Position numbers and translations under genes: made by a program. DNA of 64,000 nt, taken from Basidiobolus meristosporus CBS 931.73 (Eukaryota; Fungi; Basidiobolomycota). A model generated the notes under the pieces. That model did not search any database, was not told where the DNA came from, and worked only from the letters and a program-made list of their open reading frames with translations. Positions 12,423 to 26,200 of the stretch are shown here, piece by piece. The DNA lies in the NCBI GenBank assembly GCA_002104905.1, contig MCFE01000061.1:124001-188000 (forward strand), read 5' to 3'. Within the stretch, counting starts at the first letter, position 1; each line of letters begins with the position of its first letter.

Positions 12423-15400
12423 TTATTGGCCCAAGCTAATTGGATCTTCCTGGTCAGCTTCATCATCCGTGTCCACCTCGTCACATGCCCCAGCTATCTC
12501 CTCCTCTGGATCGAACTGGCGAATTTCATTGAGTTTGAGCTCGAACTCGTCGATAATGGCTTTGTCACGTTGCCAGGGCTGTGATTTTGTTTTGTGAATG
12601 ATCTCCACCATGCACTGGAACAGGACATCATCATGAAGTTTGTCCTGGTAGCACTTGAAGCTTTCCACGAGTTTCTTGAAAGTTCTCTCCGACTTGTATG
12701 GTAGTATGCTCAAGCAATACCCAATATCCTGCCACTGACGCGGATCATCGGTATTTCGGAACCGCTGGCATAGTTTCTCCACAATGTTTTCGATTTGCCG
12801 CTCTTTCTCGTTGATAAATTCAAAGAGGAACTTCATGATACGCTTGAAGGTGTTCGAGTCAACCGCGCTCTCTCCGTTCGATAAACTGCTGATGATGTCG
12901 GGTAGGTTGTTGTAGACGGCATTGTCCTTGGAGGCAAGCTCCGTGAAGAATAGTCGGGCCAGATTGCTTATCCGAGCGTCAGGATTTTCCAAGCATTTGG
13001 CCATCTCCCCTAGTTGCCCTTTGACTTTCACCATGCCATTCAAGATCAAGTGGGTCAGAACCATAAGAGTATTTATCCGAACAGACGTATCAGAGTCTCT
13101 TAGACGCTTGTATAAATGAGCGATGTTCTCACCAACGAGCGTATTGAAGCAGACCGCAATATCCCCCAGAGCGATGGTGATATTGGTGCGAATAATTGGG
13201 TCGCTTGCCTTCTCGAGCATGGTGAATAGGAGCTGCAGGTGTTTCTCGCAGAATTGCTCACTCACACACATGAATTTTGATAAGGTTAAGGCTGAGTAGC
13301 ATTGAAGGACAGGGTCGGAATACACGGTATTGTTCGAGCAGATGTGCACGACAAGCGGTCCAAAAGTGGCCAGCAGTGATTTGGGACCGAACAGCAGCTC
13401 TCTTTCGCGAACATGCATAGCGACATCAGCGACATCATCCTCTGTAGAACCGACAACCTGCTCAAGGCCATCTTCAATGTCCTGTGGTCGCGCGGAGTCG
13501 TTCGCCTTACTGTTTCTTCGCTTCCACTCGTTTTCGATGATTTCTATGTGCACGATCTGTTTGATGGCAACATGACCAACTAGAAAAATCAATTGGCTTA
13601 GCAGTAAACTACGTGAGCATTCTCCGTCACTGCCTTCCTCATGTTGTTGATCTTCCTTGAGCGGTTCGCCATCAAATGTAGCTCTGGCCTTGTTTTTAAT
13701 GATCTTTCCTGATAAGGTATCCGGATGATCACACAATAAATAAATCGTGTTGATGGCTTGCTCGGCAAGTGTAAACCATTCGGAGGAGATTGAGTGCTCC
13801 TGAACGAACGCTTCTAACTTGCAGAATATTGGATGAGTTACCGGAAGTCGAAGATGGCCGGCCGAGGTGGACCCCTTCACATGCTTAAACTCGGTGAGAC
13901 GTTGCAAGGCCAAACATGTATATTTGGCCAAAGACAAGTCTGTTTTCCCATACTCTCCAAGGCCAATCTTCAACAGCAAATCTATACGCTCAGATATGAT
14001 TTCTTTTCTTGCTTTTCCTAACATTCCTAAAATCACGATCGCACCGCGACGTTGTGCAGCAGGAATTTCCTTTCGTGTGACCCCGTACACCCCCCAGAGC
14101 TTTGCGATAAGCTCTTCAGGGATTTGTTCTTCGCTAACCATAATTCTTAGGATCTCTTCCAATGAGGTTAATTCCGCAAGTGAAGGTGAAAATGTCAATC
14201 CAATCAAGTTGCGCGAGAAGCTGTTGATGTTTTCTTTGGAGCTCTTCGACGGATCAGGCGTAAGATAAAGTGTGCGAAATGCCTCGATCAGTCGGACCCG
14301 AATCCCTTTACCCTCATCGCTGCCTGTATCCTTGACCCAAACTAGATGCAGCATCTTTTTGATCCCATCCTGCGCCAGCATTACCTTGTAGCGATGTGCC
14401 GTAACAAAGAAATCTATTGCTTCCATAATCTCCGCTTTGCTTGTGGATCCTAGCAACTGACATAATATAGGGATTGCTTGATGGATTCGATCGATAAACT
14501 GCAAAGCGTCAGTATAGTATCTCTGCTTGAGTTGTAGCTGCACCATTTGAATAGCAGTGGACTGATCTAGAATGGGGTTGATGATATCTTGAATGTTCGA
14601 TCTATCTTCTTTCACATCATTATCCTCTGATTCCTCAGAAGACTGCGAGGTGTTACTGAAGCTTGCTGATGCCCTCTTTCTGATAGTCGAGTTTTCGGCT
14701 GACTCGCTGTATCCACTGAGACTAAGCTCATCCTTACACTCATCCTCATTCGGTTTGGATTTCATAGTGTCCGGAATGATGGACTTCGAGTGTGGTTAAC
14801 ATATGCGAACAAGAAATAAAACAGCCACCACTTACCCGAAGCATCTCTGTTACTGAGTCTAGTTTTTCTTGAAACACATCTGACTGGAGCTCACCGCCAT
14901 CCAAGTAGAAAGGATGTGTCTCTAAAAGCTTCGTCAGAGCCTTGATGGCATTCTTCCTGACATTGCTGCTCTTATCGCTCAAGCGACCAATAACCAAATC
15001 AACCAGCCTGGCTCTTCGTTTCGGGAATTTTGCTTTAGCTCTATATACGAGGTGGCCAGTCAGTTTAGCAGAACAAGTTGGACATTCATGATGTAAGACA
15101 CATACTCGCACAAGCTTATACAAACTTGCAAAATTTTGCACCGGCAAATAGAATTCACATCTCTAAAACGCTCCTCCAGTACATCGAAATAGTGTTCCAA
15201 CTGGGTATGCTGTACTTCATTCTGCTCCAGCGTGGCCAGGCTCAGTATGGAGGTTCCAATAATTTTGATGAGTGCACATCGCATCACATATGATTCACTG
15301 TCTAATTGGCGAATCAAGAGACCCATTTGTTTGAGGACAAGTTTTGGTGTGAGCTCGGAAAGCCTTACTAGGAAACGAGCGGTGGATTTTGGGCCTGTTC

Positions 15401-16691
15401 GATCAGATATCGTAAAAGTCCGGTTACTTATCTCTCTAAAGCCGCAAACACAATTAGAAAGGCACAAAATCTCTACCAAAACACCGACTACCTTAGGATG
15501 GCCTCAGCAAGTTGGGGGTGATCGAACTCTTCCACTAATCTGCCCAATAGCTCTGCCATAGGCTCGCTTAAGTGCTCGTAATATTGAAGATTCTGTAAAA
15601 TGGTGGTCTGCGCCACTATCGATCAAGAGGTAAGTCTAGGCCCATTATAAACTGAAGAAACACAAAGCTTGGTACCATGGGAGTGGCCATAATCTTTAAC
15701 ACATCTGCCGATGATGGAATACGCTTGGAACTTTAGGGGTCCTGACTTCAAATTCTCCGGATTCTCCAGGATTTGATATGCAGGTTTAGTAAAAAGGCTG
15801 TAAATACTCGTATTAGCAGCGGTTTGACTGGGCACAGGGAGTGAAGAATGGCATACCTGACACTAATGTCACGCATGTGGGAGGAAGGGCATATAGCGTT
15901 TAATCGGAGGCCCGCCGCACGGGAGACTAGCTCGAGGCATTTCATCTTATGGTTGGACCAATCCCACGCTTCCTGTTCGTCGGCACCATCTTCAGCGTTC
16001 TTACTGCGCTGTATAAATTGAGTGGTCTGTGAATTCCAGGACATCAAATTGTTTCTAAGGGTTGATCTTACCTTGCCTTTGCTTTGAGTAGATTTAGCTG
16101 AACTACTACCCTTCCCTTCAGCAGCGGATACAATCCACTGGAGCAAAAAGGCGTACATTTGAATTGCTCTTATGTGATCATCGTAGTTGCTAGCTTCGGA
16201 TGCTAGGGCCTCTTCTGTGTCATCAATAACGTTTTGAAAGCCTGTGGTGATATAATGGGATCAACGGAAACCCTGTAAGTGAGCAAGTTCATGTACTATA
16301 TGTGAGAAGCATCAAATTTACCTGACACAATAATATCTAATAGTTTGTTTCTGTGTTGGGGCGTCAGGAGCTTGAAATATCTGGTACCGTCAGCTCCGTC
16401 ATTTCAATCACTATCAAGCTCCATGAGATGAGACTTACTTTATAAAACTCCGAAGACAGTCGAAGACTTCCATTTCATTGACAACAAATGGGTCGTTTTG
16501 GATTTTTTCGATTGCATCTATAAACGGCCTCGCTTTAGTATCGACTGCAAAACGGAGGAGCAAGGCTTGACTGTCTAACCGTCAAGGTATTTGTTGATCG
16601 CAGCAGCACTCAAGTTGGCAACGTCCACCTCATTATCGATTGTGACTTTACTATCTTGTGTTTTGATTAATTCGTCCTGTATGTCGAACAT
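12423..16691 (-). CDS. YCS4: Condensin complex subunit 1 (Ycs4/Cnd1/NCAPD2), HEAT repeats, multi-exon
   Basis: 780-aa terminal exon with LSKFMCVSEQFCEKHLQLLFTMLEKASDPIIRTNITIALGDIAVCFN and VLTHLILNGMVKVKGQLGEMAKCL. Upstream exons include RLSDKSSNVRKNAIKALTKLLETHPF. Start MFDIQDEL at 16691. Confidence 0.92.
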
Positions 16692-17256
16692 GACCAATAC
16701 TTTGCACAGTCGGACAGCTATTGCAGGGAAATTTCTTTGAGCGCCTAAAACTCTTCGGGAATACAGCAAGTAAACAAAGACTTCTGAGAAAGGAGGAACA
16801 CCAGAATGTATCAAGCGACAATATTATTTATAGCACAGTCATCCATGCTCAATACTCGCATTGATCAATACAGGCTGCTAACACGCTGACATAGCTTTCA
16901 ATTTTTCCATTGTTTACTCTCACTTCGAAAATACAATTGGACCAATTGAAGATGAGATCTTTGTAGATGCCGTAGCTCACCATGAGAACATGACTTGTTA
17001 CAACATTCAAGATCGAGCTTTGTTCGAGCGCGGTGAAATTATGAAAGACTCATTGGCTTCCCATGTCCTGTGGCCAACTACCCCTTGCTGCCTAGCACAC
17101 CGCAAGTACACACAAGGCCTGATTGAAAGAAAGAGTGCCGATTGTGTTTATTCCACGGTTTCCTAATCAAGTGATTCCACTAAGCAATATCCCAAAATAG
17201 ATCCTCTATCAATCCAACAGGAATGGTATACCTTGGATATAAAACTGCGGATCGTA

Positions 17257-18090
17257 TCAACACAATAGATCTAGTTCCTTCGTACGTTGATAATATTGAT
17301 CATGATCGTAATCGAAGGGAAGATTTCCACCATAGGTGGTCTCTAGTAGATCGGCCGGGATGATAGCGAAAGGGCTGCTCGAGTCGGCCATCTTCTTCTT
17401 GACAAATTTGATCTTCTCCTTGGTTACTTTGTCAAGGAAGGGCTGAACCATGTTGAAGAACATCGAAAATACCCAGGGCGCATTATACATAATGGACAAA
17501 CCGAGTCTCTCTGGATAATGATTGGCTAACGTGTCGATGGTACGCTTGGCGATATTCAGAGGGATACTTTTACTCTCGCTGTAGAGCGTGAAGTCCATGA
17601 TCACAACTAATTGATGAACAGTGGGAGGCATAACCTTTATCGCCCTCTCCAGACAAAATATCAGCAATTTGAATCCTTCCTCGGGATCTTTGTCCTGGTG
17701 TTTGTCCGCTACCTTCTTCAAATAAATTACTGGCCTGCCGTACATATCAAAACCGTTGACGTAGTTGCTCTTTTGTAGTGCTTGGTCTCGAACGGCTTCA
17801 AAAGTGATCTCGTTTGGACGAAACGTTTCCCGCCACTGCTTTGTTTTCTCCAAACGGTCAAAAGCATTCTGAACCGACCAGTTAGTTGCCTTCAGGTACC
17901 TATAAAGAGAGGAATCATCGAACAGGTTTTCTCGCAAATCCTTGGACGGATCCTTGAACTCCTTATCCACTTGTTGCCGCAAGCTGGAGTGCAATTTCTG
18001 CTGTTCAGCAGTGAGTTTCTCCAGAGGACTCTCGGGTGGTTGCCCTTCGAAAATTAAATAAGGTGAGGATGTACTATTGTTGGCGGCCAT
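17257..18090 (-). CDS. CRAL-TRIO (Sec14-like, Pdr16/17-type) lipid transfer protein, single exon
   Basis: LYRYLKATNWSVQNAFDRLEKTKQWRETFRP, GFDMYGRPVIY, HYPERLGLSIMYNAPWVF...PFLDKVTKEKIKF. Confidence 0.9.
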   Translation of the reverse strand: MAANNSTSSPYLIFEGQPPESPLEKLTAEQQKLHSSLRQQVDKEFKDPSKDLRENLFDDSSLYRYLKATNWSVQNAFDRLEKTKQWRETFRPNEITFEAVRDQALQKSNYVNGFDMYGRPVIYLKKVADKHQDKDPEEGFKLLIFCLERAIKVMPPTVHQLVVIMDFTLYSESKSIPLNIAKRTIDTLANHYPERLGLSIMYNAPWVFSMFFNMVQPFLDKVTKEKIKFVKKKMADSSSPFAIIPADLLETTYGGNLPFDYDHDQYYQRTKELDLLC

Positions 18091-18420
18091 GCGAGGGCAC
18101 AGATCAAAAGGACAAATTCAGTTGGTTGGGATATGCTGGGTACTTATTCGATCGATGAACTATGGCACCGACACCACAAATACCCTTCGAGTAATGAAAT
18201 ATGATGCTGGTTCCAACAAATACCGTTTAAATGATTAATCAGAAATACGGAGTGCTAAGGAAGCGCTTATAATTTATTTACATTAGATTTTTGCCAGAAC
18301 AGGCTGAGCAATGAGTGGAATGATGCATTTCATTTAGACTGTAGTGCCTAAGTGCAATGCAACTAATGGTGAATATATGCAAAAAATAACCATGCGTTTG
18401 GCAAAGTCCTTCAAAATCCT

Positions 18421-18828
18421 TCAATCTTCAAGCGAAAAGTGCTCTCTAAAGGTGACATAGCGGCGTTTGCTTGGTCGGCCATATAAGGCCTCGAATTCGT
18501 CATGCTCTTCTATGATTGCGTTGGTAACTTCTTCTATCTGATTACAAACTTCATCGAAAACATCTATCTCGGTAATTCGAGGGCCTAACAAAAAGGATTC
18601 AAGCCATTCCTCATCGGCATCATCACTGTCGGAGACATCAGTGTACCACTCTTCCCACAATATGTCATAGTTGGTTTCGACAGGTTCAATATATCTGTGC
18701 TCAAGAGTGACCTCCTCGATGATGATGGCTTTGTCAAGCATCTCATCAACCGTTCTTTTAGAAGGGAGTGACGGAGACTCGGACTTGTCAGAAGAGTCGT
18801 ACACCTGCTTCGAAGTATGGTTTGTCAT
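18421..18828 (-). CDS. Hypothetical small acidic protein, 135 aa
   Basis: ATG-initiated ORF with strongly biased D/E-rich composition and a TATA-like element ~140 nt upstream. No family recognised. Confidence 0.5.
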   Translation of the reverse strand: MTNHTSKQVYDSSDKSESPSLPSKRTVDEMLDKAIIIEEVTLEHRYIEPVETNYDILWEEWYTDVSDSDDADEEWLESFLLGPRITEIDVFDEVCNQIEEVTNAIIEEHDEFEALYGRPSKRRYVTFREHFSLED

Positions 18829-20765
18829 CTGTTTGAGAGTGATGCGAGAGTTGAGAGAGATAGAGTCGGGGAACTTGAGTCCTTACGTGTGAACGGGAAT
18901 GATTTAAAGGATGCAAAATAACAGGCCTAAAGATACTCGGTGTAACTCAAGACACAACGAATCGTTTGCATTTATATACATGGGATGACATGAAATAGGA
19001 AGATATGCATGCCCAATTGCAAGCTCAACCTGATTAGAAGCCCTAATGGCAGTGAATCAACGTCACCGCAATGGACAAATCGAGTTGATAACATCACTAG
19101 TTACCACTATCATTGGACAAATCAGGCTCATTGGACAAGAAGGCCCTTTTGAGTCAATAATAGAATAATCGCTATTTCCATATAAATCACGTTCGTAAAA
19201 TCATTGAAGCAAGTTGAAATTCAGGATACGCAAGAATACGAGGGCTATACATATATACGGGCTATGTTATTTCAGTGTGACATCAATGAGTTCACTGATA
19301 ACCAAATAAGTGAGACCAATGGAGTTTGATGCATGGTCAGGTAATTACGACGATTTACGGGAAAAGGGCAGCGAACTCTGCATAGATAATATCAACTTTT
19401 ACACCACCGTCTTGTAGAATGTTCGTCCCACATTACTTACTCCGCCCTTGGGTCCAGCGGTTGGTCTTCGATCATCAGCAAGGCTGCAGGTCACTCGACA
19501 ACCACCCTTTGTCTATCTTTGGCCTGAATGTGTAATTAATTGGAACGTTGTCCACTTTAGTGATCTGGAGCATTGGGCGAGCCTCTGTTGAGGTCGATAT
19601 TATATTATATTATATTGGCGTTTATCAATAGTATATTTATACTCTCCCATCGATAATCACTGACTATATGATGAATGGAAGGGTGATTAGTAAACTGGAT
19701 AACTAGAGTCTAATGCAGAATCCGAATAAAGTCGCCCCAATTTACACCAGGGAATAAGCAACAAATATATTGGGAACCGAATGGCCACATGTAGCCCATT
19801 GGTCGTATTCATGTCGATGAACTGACATAAAGAAAACATTCGCTTGGCATTGAGTTGAAGTGTAGACTCGAATTCACATGTGTACACCAATGATCATCTG
19901 TGGAGATCCATTGATTCGCTTAGCAGTCCGATCTACATACTCTTGGCGTCGCCTGCGGATTACTTGAAACAACGCTCTTGGTGAATGCAGTAATCATTAG
20001 CAATTGTAGCGAAGGGTTGGCTTAAGGAATTCGGTTGACTGACCTGTGCCTTGGTATCACCCCATTACAAGCCAAGATTTCCACCTAGCCTACTGAGGCC
20101 AACCCTTTCCCGCTTCCCGCTTCCCTGAACCCTAAACCTAAAATCTCATTCTTGGCACTGCTTGTACGAGGGTGGGTGGATAATCGGAAAATAGGCAACA
20201 GGCTCTAATCATACCGTGCTCACCTGATGTCCAATTACGGGGCCTCCTGCGGATTGGAAAACTGCTCAGATCAACGGTTATATTCAACCTCCCCAGACAA
20301 ACAAACAAACTTCATAAAGCTAATTGGATCAACTACTAACGGCAACATTGCACTAAATCGCATTGTATATTGTTAATTGGTAGGAGGGCGAATAATGCAA
20401 ATATTGAATCGCTTGTGCTACATGTCTGATTAATCCAGTACAAATACTCCTATTCTCTGGCCAAGTACTCATTAAACCATTAGATTCCAATCTCCACTCC
20501 TGGAAATACTTTTATACCGCCGCGAGCCTCTTAGTTCTTCGAACCTCCACTTCCGTAAATCCGCATTGAACGCGTCGTTTCATCCCTTTTCCTTCTTTGC
20601 AATCCCTTAATTTGCCTTCTATAAAGGTACTTCTTCTCGGCCACCCCACACTACATTCAGTGCATTAACTGGCGGCTCTCATCTTCTGGCATTATATATT
20701 TTGTTTTCTAAGAGATTGCCCTTCTGTTGCTGCCATAGCCTGCTGATTCTTTTTGCTCCAGCATC

Positions 20766-21650
20766 ATGAAGCACGAGAAATCCGCCAAGAAAATCCTCAA
20801 TTCCGAGGTGGCCCGACTCCTGTATTCTGGAGTGTTTTTGGTGGTTGTTGCCTACTTTATGACAATATTCCAACAGCTGTCAGACAAGCGATGGCTAGAT
20901 AGCGATACCAAGAATCCTCTTAAAGATCTGGGATTCGAAGCCTTTCCCTATCTCTCTACCTTCTCAGTCGCGGATGCATTGGTGTTGTCATTGCTCGGGA
21001 TTACACTTGTTGGATTGACCATTGCCTCCTACAGGCTTCCAAAGATCATAATATTTTGGCGCCGACTCTTCTGGTTGACTGGAATACTCTATTTGTATCG
21101 CTCCTTCACCATTATCACCACCACACTGCCACCCACGAAGGAATGTACACCTATTGTGGCTAACTCATTTCGCGAGATGATGGTCGTCGGAACCAAAATG
21201 ATTGTCGGTGTAGACAAGGCCTGTACAGATAATATCTATTCGGGGCATACAATGATTCTTACATCTTGTGTAATCATGTGGAATGTATACACCAGGGTCA
21301 AATGGTTCAAGATATATGCCGTACTCCACGCACTTGCCGGCATCTACGCGATCATTGCCTCTCGCCTGCATTTCACCGTGGACGTTCTTCTTTCTTTGTT
21401 CATCACATACGGGGTGTACAGCATCTATTTCAGTCTAGTTCGATCCGCTACACTTGAGAGATACCAAGGGGCCATTGGGTTCGTGGAGAGTGAGCGTGAC
21501 GATCACTATCAAAGTATTGCTCATACACCGCACATTCTGAACCGCCATCTGGCATGTGTAGTTGGTTGGATGGATGGCCTTGACCTAAGATGTGAGAAGA
21601 GAGCTAACGAGATGACCTTGCCAACAACAACGGATATGCTACAGATTTGA
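20766..21650 (+). CDS. Sphingomyelin synthase-family (PAP2 C-terminal) phosphotransferase, single exon
   Basis: Multiple TM segments. SMS-family motifs RSFTIITTTLP, CTDNIYSGHT (cf. CGDxxYSGHT) and SRLHFTVDVLLS (cf. HYTxDV). Confidence 0.85.
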   Translation: MKHEKSAKKILNSEVARLLYSGVFLVVVAYFMTIFQQLSDKRWLDSDTKNPLKDLGFEAFPYLSTFSVADALVLSLLGITLVGLTIASYRLPKIIIFWRRLFWLTGILYLYRSFTIITTTLPPTKECTPIVANSFREMMVVGTKMIVGVDKACTDNIYSGHTMILTSCVIMWNVYTRVKWFKIYAVLHALAGIYAIIASRLHFTVDVLLSLFITYGVYSIYFSLVRSATLERYQGAIGFVESERDDHYQSIAHTPHILNRHLACVVGWMDGLDLRCEKRANEMTLPTTTDMLQI

Positions 21651-22739
21651 AACACCCGGACACGCCTTCGTGTACTAATAGATGAAACCCCATCACCAAG
21701 CATCGATAGTTAATTACGTGTAGGATGCTGATGACTTGGTCATTTTTCCTGGTTTTCTAACAAATACCTCCAATAAATGCATCGTGGAATGCTCATTCCC
21801 TAATAACCTTTGTGCCCATAGGCGTGACCCTTTCATGACGGCGCCAAGTAGGCCACGATCACAATACTCGACCTGCGTTGGTTCAAATTGGTGTGACGTC
21901 GACCAGTCCGGGCCATTCCGTTGGTGTATACGCTAAATGCATCGATGTTTCCACCTGTAGGGAGGCTTTGGGCATTAGTTAGTGGACAGATTTACAGAAT
22001 ATCCTGTTTAACCGCGGAAAGGCCACTCATGAAGTTCTTTCAACTATTCGGAGAAGTTGGAGGATTTCACACATTTGGTGAATATACAAAACGAGACTCG
22101 TATTGTGGATTTGGGAGATTTACCAGATATAGATTGTGGTGCAAGGCCCGAAATTCCATGTACCTACTCACCAGTACGCAACTTGTTTATTATCAATAAA
22201 AAAGGTTTCAAAACCCCGTATCATGTGTTGATTCCATTCCATAAATATGTCATCGTTTACCATATGAACTGTCGGTCCTTTGAAACATTGTATACAGTCT
22301 CACATCCAATGTTTTCGTTCTTGGAGATGATACGTGTTAGTTACACTATCGTTGTCATACGTAGATAACGCCATACTCCCTGGTTTCGAATTTCGGTAGC
22401 GGTATGGGGTAAGAAAGGCTACACATGTACAAAATGCCGTCGTACAGAATGATATGCAGTAGCTTGGGGGTACCAGTAAGGGACAAAAAACCTTATTTCC
22501 TTGCGGAACCATCGCTCCGACTACTGTTGCAAGTAGCGAAGTGGACATCATTGTATACCATTTTATTCATTTATACGTATATGGACCATCTTCAAGGGAT
22601 CGGTACCGTGCTGAAAATGCACCAACAACCAGCAGACACCTTGAAGTTGGTTGTTCATCTACAATCCATGTGCCATTCTATATAAGTCTTTGCAGTTAAT
22701 TATATTCTTGGGCGACTTGTGGTTGGAGAGTAGGAAGAT

Positions 22740-25447
22740 CTACTCTGGTGATTGTTTATTAAAAAATGTCATTAGATTAGGTGTCTTGGTCCCGCTGGCT
22801 ACATGGTGCTTTTTTTTTCGTTTGTTTGAGGTAGGGGATTTTGATTTGTCATTTTCGTACCCTTTGGTTGGGGTTGGGCTTGGGCTTGAAAATCCAACTA
22901 CAGTGGTGTGATCCTCGCCAAGTAATGGCGAATTCAAACAAAGATCGATATGCTGATTTAGTTCGTCATTCTGGGCCGCATCAAGGCTTTTCCCACACAC
23001 TGGACATTCTATACTCTCACTAGAGCTTGAGCTACTATTATCGGTTCGAGCGATTGGTGTTTGTTGTATCGGAAGCTCATTCAAATCATTGGCTGAATTC
23101 TGCTTGGGGCTCGGATGTCGATCGTGTAAAGCGGCGGAAGAAATCCCCTTGTTTGGGCTAATAAAATACTAAACGAACAGATCAGACCAAGCTTCAAAAA
23201 CCAAAAAATACGCAAATCATACAGAAGTTATTGATTTCGACGAACTCGTATTATGACGGTGGCGTAAATTGGACATTCGCAAGCCCATCAGTCGAAGGCT
23301 AACCGGAAATACCATTTCGAGGATCTGTTAGGGGCAACAAATATGGACGGCTGAGAGCATGATCTGTGCTTAATGCTTTAGCAATAAAATTTACTTTTAG
23401 GCCTTCTCTGTATAGATCTTCCTTTGAACAAATGTAGGTTGAAAGGGTTTTCGCACGAGTTACTACTTCAAAGTTTACGGTTTTGATCTTCAAAGTTACA
23501 GTCTTTCCCTATGGTGCCTAAGTTAGTTTCGTACTACCCGTGACTAAAAATTGTACTAACCATACCTCAATATTCTCGTCTTCCATATCTTGTGCTAGAT
23601 TAGTCGCTAGCTCATCGAGCTTACTTTGAAGTTTCGGGAGCGTATTAATTTCACGGAATGTTCTTTCAACGCTAATGCTCTTTCTTGTATGTTCTCTAGA
23701 ATTTGTGGTTAGTTCCAGGTACTGTCTGGGCATATATGATGTCGGATGCTTACGCTGAGACGTTCACCGATCCGATCCCTAAAGAGACACGGAGCAGAAA
23801 CTCGAACGATGTTGACGAAAAGAGCTTGAAAATTGTTGTTTGTTTCTCGTACTACCTTCCAAACGTCAATATAGCGATCGGGAAGTAAGAGAAAAAAATT
23901 CCATACAATATCTTTGCAAGTATGGATACCAAGAGCATTCAGCACTTTCTCGGTAACTTTGCCAATTCCTCCAACTTTCCGGATAGATAGATCTTTAACA
24001 AAATCCAGGCATGCCTCTTCGGTGTGCTCTATTACGAATTGTCCGTTTGGCTTATTAATGTCTGAGCATATCTTAGCTAACATTGTGTTTGGTGCAATGC
24101 CAGCCGAGGCAGTCAAAGAAGTGGTCCTAAATCATCCAGCAAATACCATTAACATCCAGCAGTTTACGGCTCCCATTAATTGTGTTGGCTTACTCGAAAA
24201 TTCTCTTTCGTATTTCTTCGACAATACAATATGCTGTTTGATCAGGATGTTGGTGCATATACTTGGTAATATTTAAGTAGGCCTCATCTAAACTCATAGG
24301 GCTACGTTCAAGACATTTAGGCGGAATAAATGTCAAAGTTCGAAGAATAGCTGATGAAGAGTAAGTTACCAGAAGTTGGGATCATACTCCTACACTAGAA
24401 ATTAAACATCAGCAGTCCCACAAAGTAGATGATTGAAGCTTACCGAAAAGATTTCTCGCACCTGAGCACTAACGGCTCTATACTTGTCGAAGTGTGTCGG
24501 AAGTATTATAAGGTCTGGGCAAAGTTTCTATAGGCTCGCGAATTAGTAACATGCACTGGGTAAGTGTGGTCTACTTCCGGATACCTTCGCAATATATCCT
24601 GGCATAGCAGATCGAACACCATATTTTCTTTTTCATTCTGGTTACCACAAACTCCCAAAAAAAAGCTATTGGTTCAAGTATACCTGGCCTCGTACGAAGC
24701 TGTACTAAGCATTTGATCGCCACCTATGGCTATTGGCTTACCCACCAAGTGAGGATTATCTAAAGGAAGTGTGATGAATATTAGGGGCTCTATAACGGTT
24801 TACGCGAGCATAAAAGCTGATAGTAACCTCGTAATTCTACTGCCGCATAGAAAGCTATTTGAAGTTCAGTTTACTGTTGTCATAGAGTAAGCTGAGAATA
24901 GAAGTTTGTACCATCCATATCAACGTGCACAATTGCCTGGGTCAAATCACGTCGAGTTTCAATTTCAGCAACCTTTTTCTTTACCAGAGCGATAACGTCT
25001 GGTTGGTTAATTTGGCCTTTTATCTGCTCATAACGTTTCAACAGTTCGTTGATTCGACTCTGGGTTTTCTCCTCTTTTCGCTCTTCATTCTGAAAGAACC
25101 TGGAATTCTTCGGGCGGATTGTAAAGTAAAACTTGTGAGTAGAAGTGATCTAAACCGTACAAAGGCTCAAAAGAGTCAACTTTAGATGTGTCGTATATGA
25201 TCTGGTTGATTTTCTCTTTGTCAACTCCGGATAAGCCTGCTTTATGTTCGTTTAAAGCAATTCTAGATATGATGGCTTCCGAGTAATTTTTCCCACTGCT
25301 AGTAGGTATGTTGGCAACTTCGACAGAAGAAGTCACACATTCATCCAAGGCAGAGAGCACCTCGTCATCATAAAAGTTATCTTCAACCTCGGAGTCGCTA
25401 ACAAAATTAGAAAAATCCATGTCTGTCCAGACTCTGCCTTTACTCAT
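22740..25447 (-). CDS. POLK: DNA polymerase kappa (DinB, Y-family), multi-exon
   Basis: [29 protein letters not shown]-clasp, [56 protein letters not shown], and a C-terminal UBZ finger CPVC...NQHIDLCL. Confidence 0.92.
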
Positions 25448-26200
25448 TAAAACCCATATACCTTCTACTGTGCAATCAGCAAAAAGTAAATAAACATTTA
25501 TAGCGGAGAGTCTAAAACCAAATATTTGTATGATTGCTGCGGTAAGGAGCATCTTGGATTGAATGGGGATTCCTGTGGTTGATTTTCGGTATCTAAAGCC
25601 AACAACATGATTGCGGTACAATCCACAGCTGAGTTTAACACGCTATATGACTGATTTAATCATTCGGAAAAGTTTACACCCAAATTTTAATAAAGAAGTG
25701 AATAAAGTATTAAGGAATTCGTCCGTTTTAATATTGTAATGTTAGCACATAAGAGATGTAGAGGAGAAATGACTTGATGGAGTAGTTTCAAACATTGATA
25801 TTACGTTACTGCTCAATATCAAGCATTCTCCACGCGATTCCATCGAGCTAGGTTAAATTGGTGGTATTTGCAGAAAATAGAGTTGAACGCTTCGGATGTA
25901 AACAGTGTAAACAACAGATATCTCAAATACAAAATACACCTTCCAGTAGATTAGCTGGTTTGTGAGAAAATATAAGCACGAACATATCTACTCGTAAAAG
26001 GTAACGAAACTTAAATCGTACTTGTACACATATTTACAGGGACGTGAGAGGCGGAGAAAGGACTAAATCATAGATGGATGCCTCAGGAAAAGACATCTTG
26101 TTGGATCTTTGGAGTTGAATGATCGTCGCTGTGGGAATTAGAATCATCCCAGAAAGTATGGAATTTCCTCTCCAATACAAATAGCTAAGCGTCAACCAAG

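Noticed and set aside
16895-17166. ~90-codon stop-free plus-strand frame after a branch/acceptor-like site
   Set aside because: No convincing first exon or recognisable motif; this length can occur by chance.
20126-20146. AACCCTAAACCTAAAA, a telomere/template-like motif in a long intergenic region
   Set aside because: Imperfect and plant-like rather than TTAGGG; no supporting RNA structure could be identified by eye.
21736-22716. Cluster of overlapping 60-100 aa ORFs between the SMS gene and POLK
   Set aside because: No frame or splice model gave a recognisable protein.
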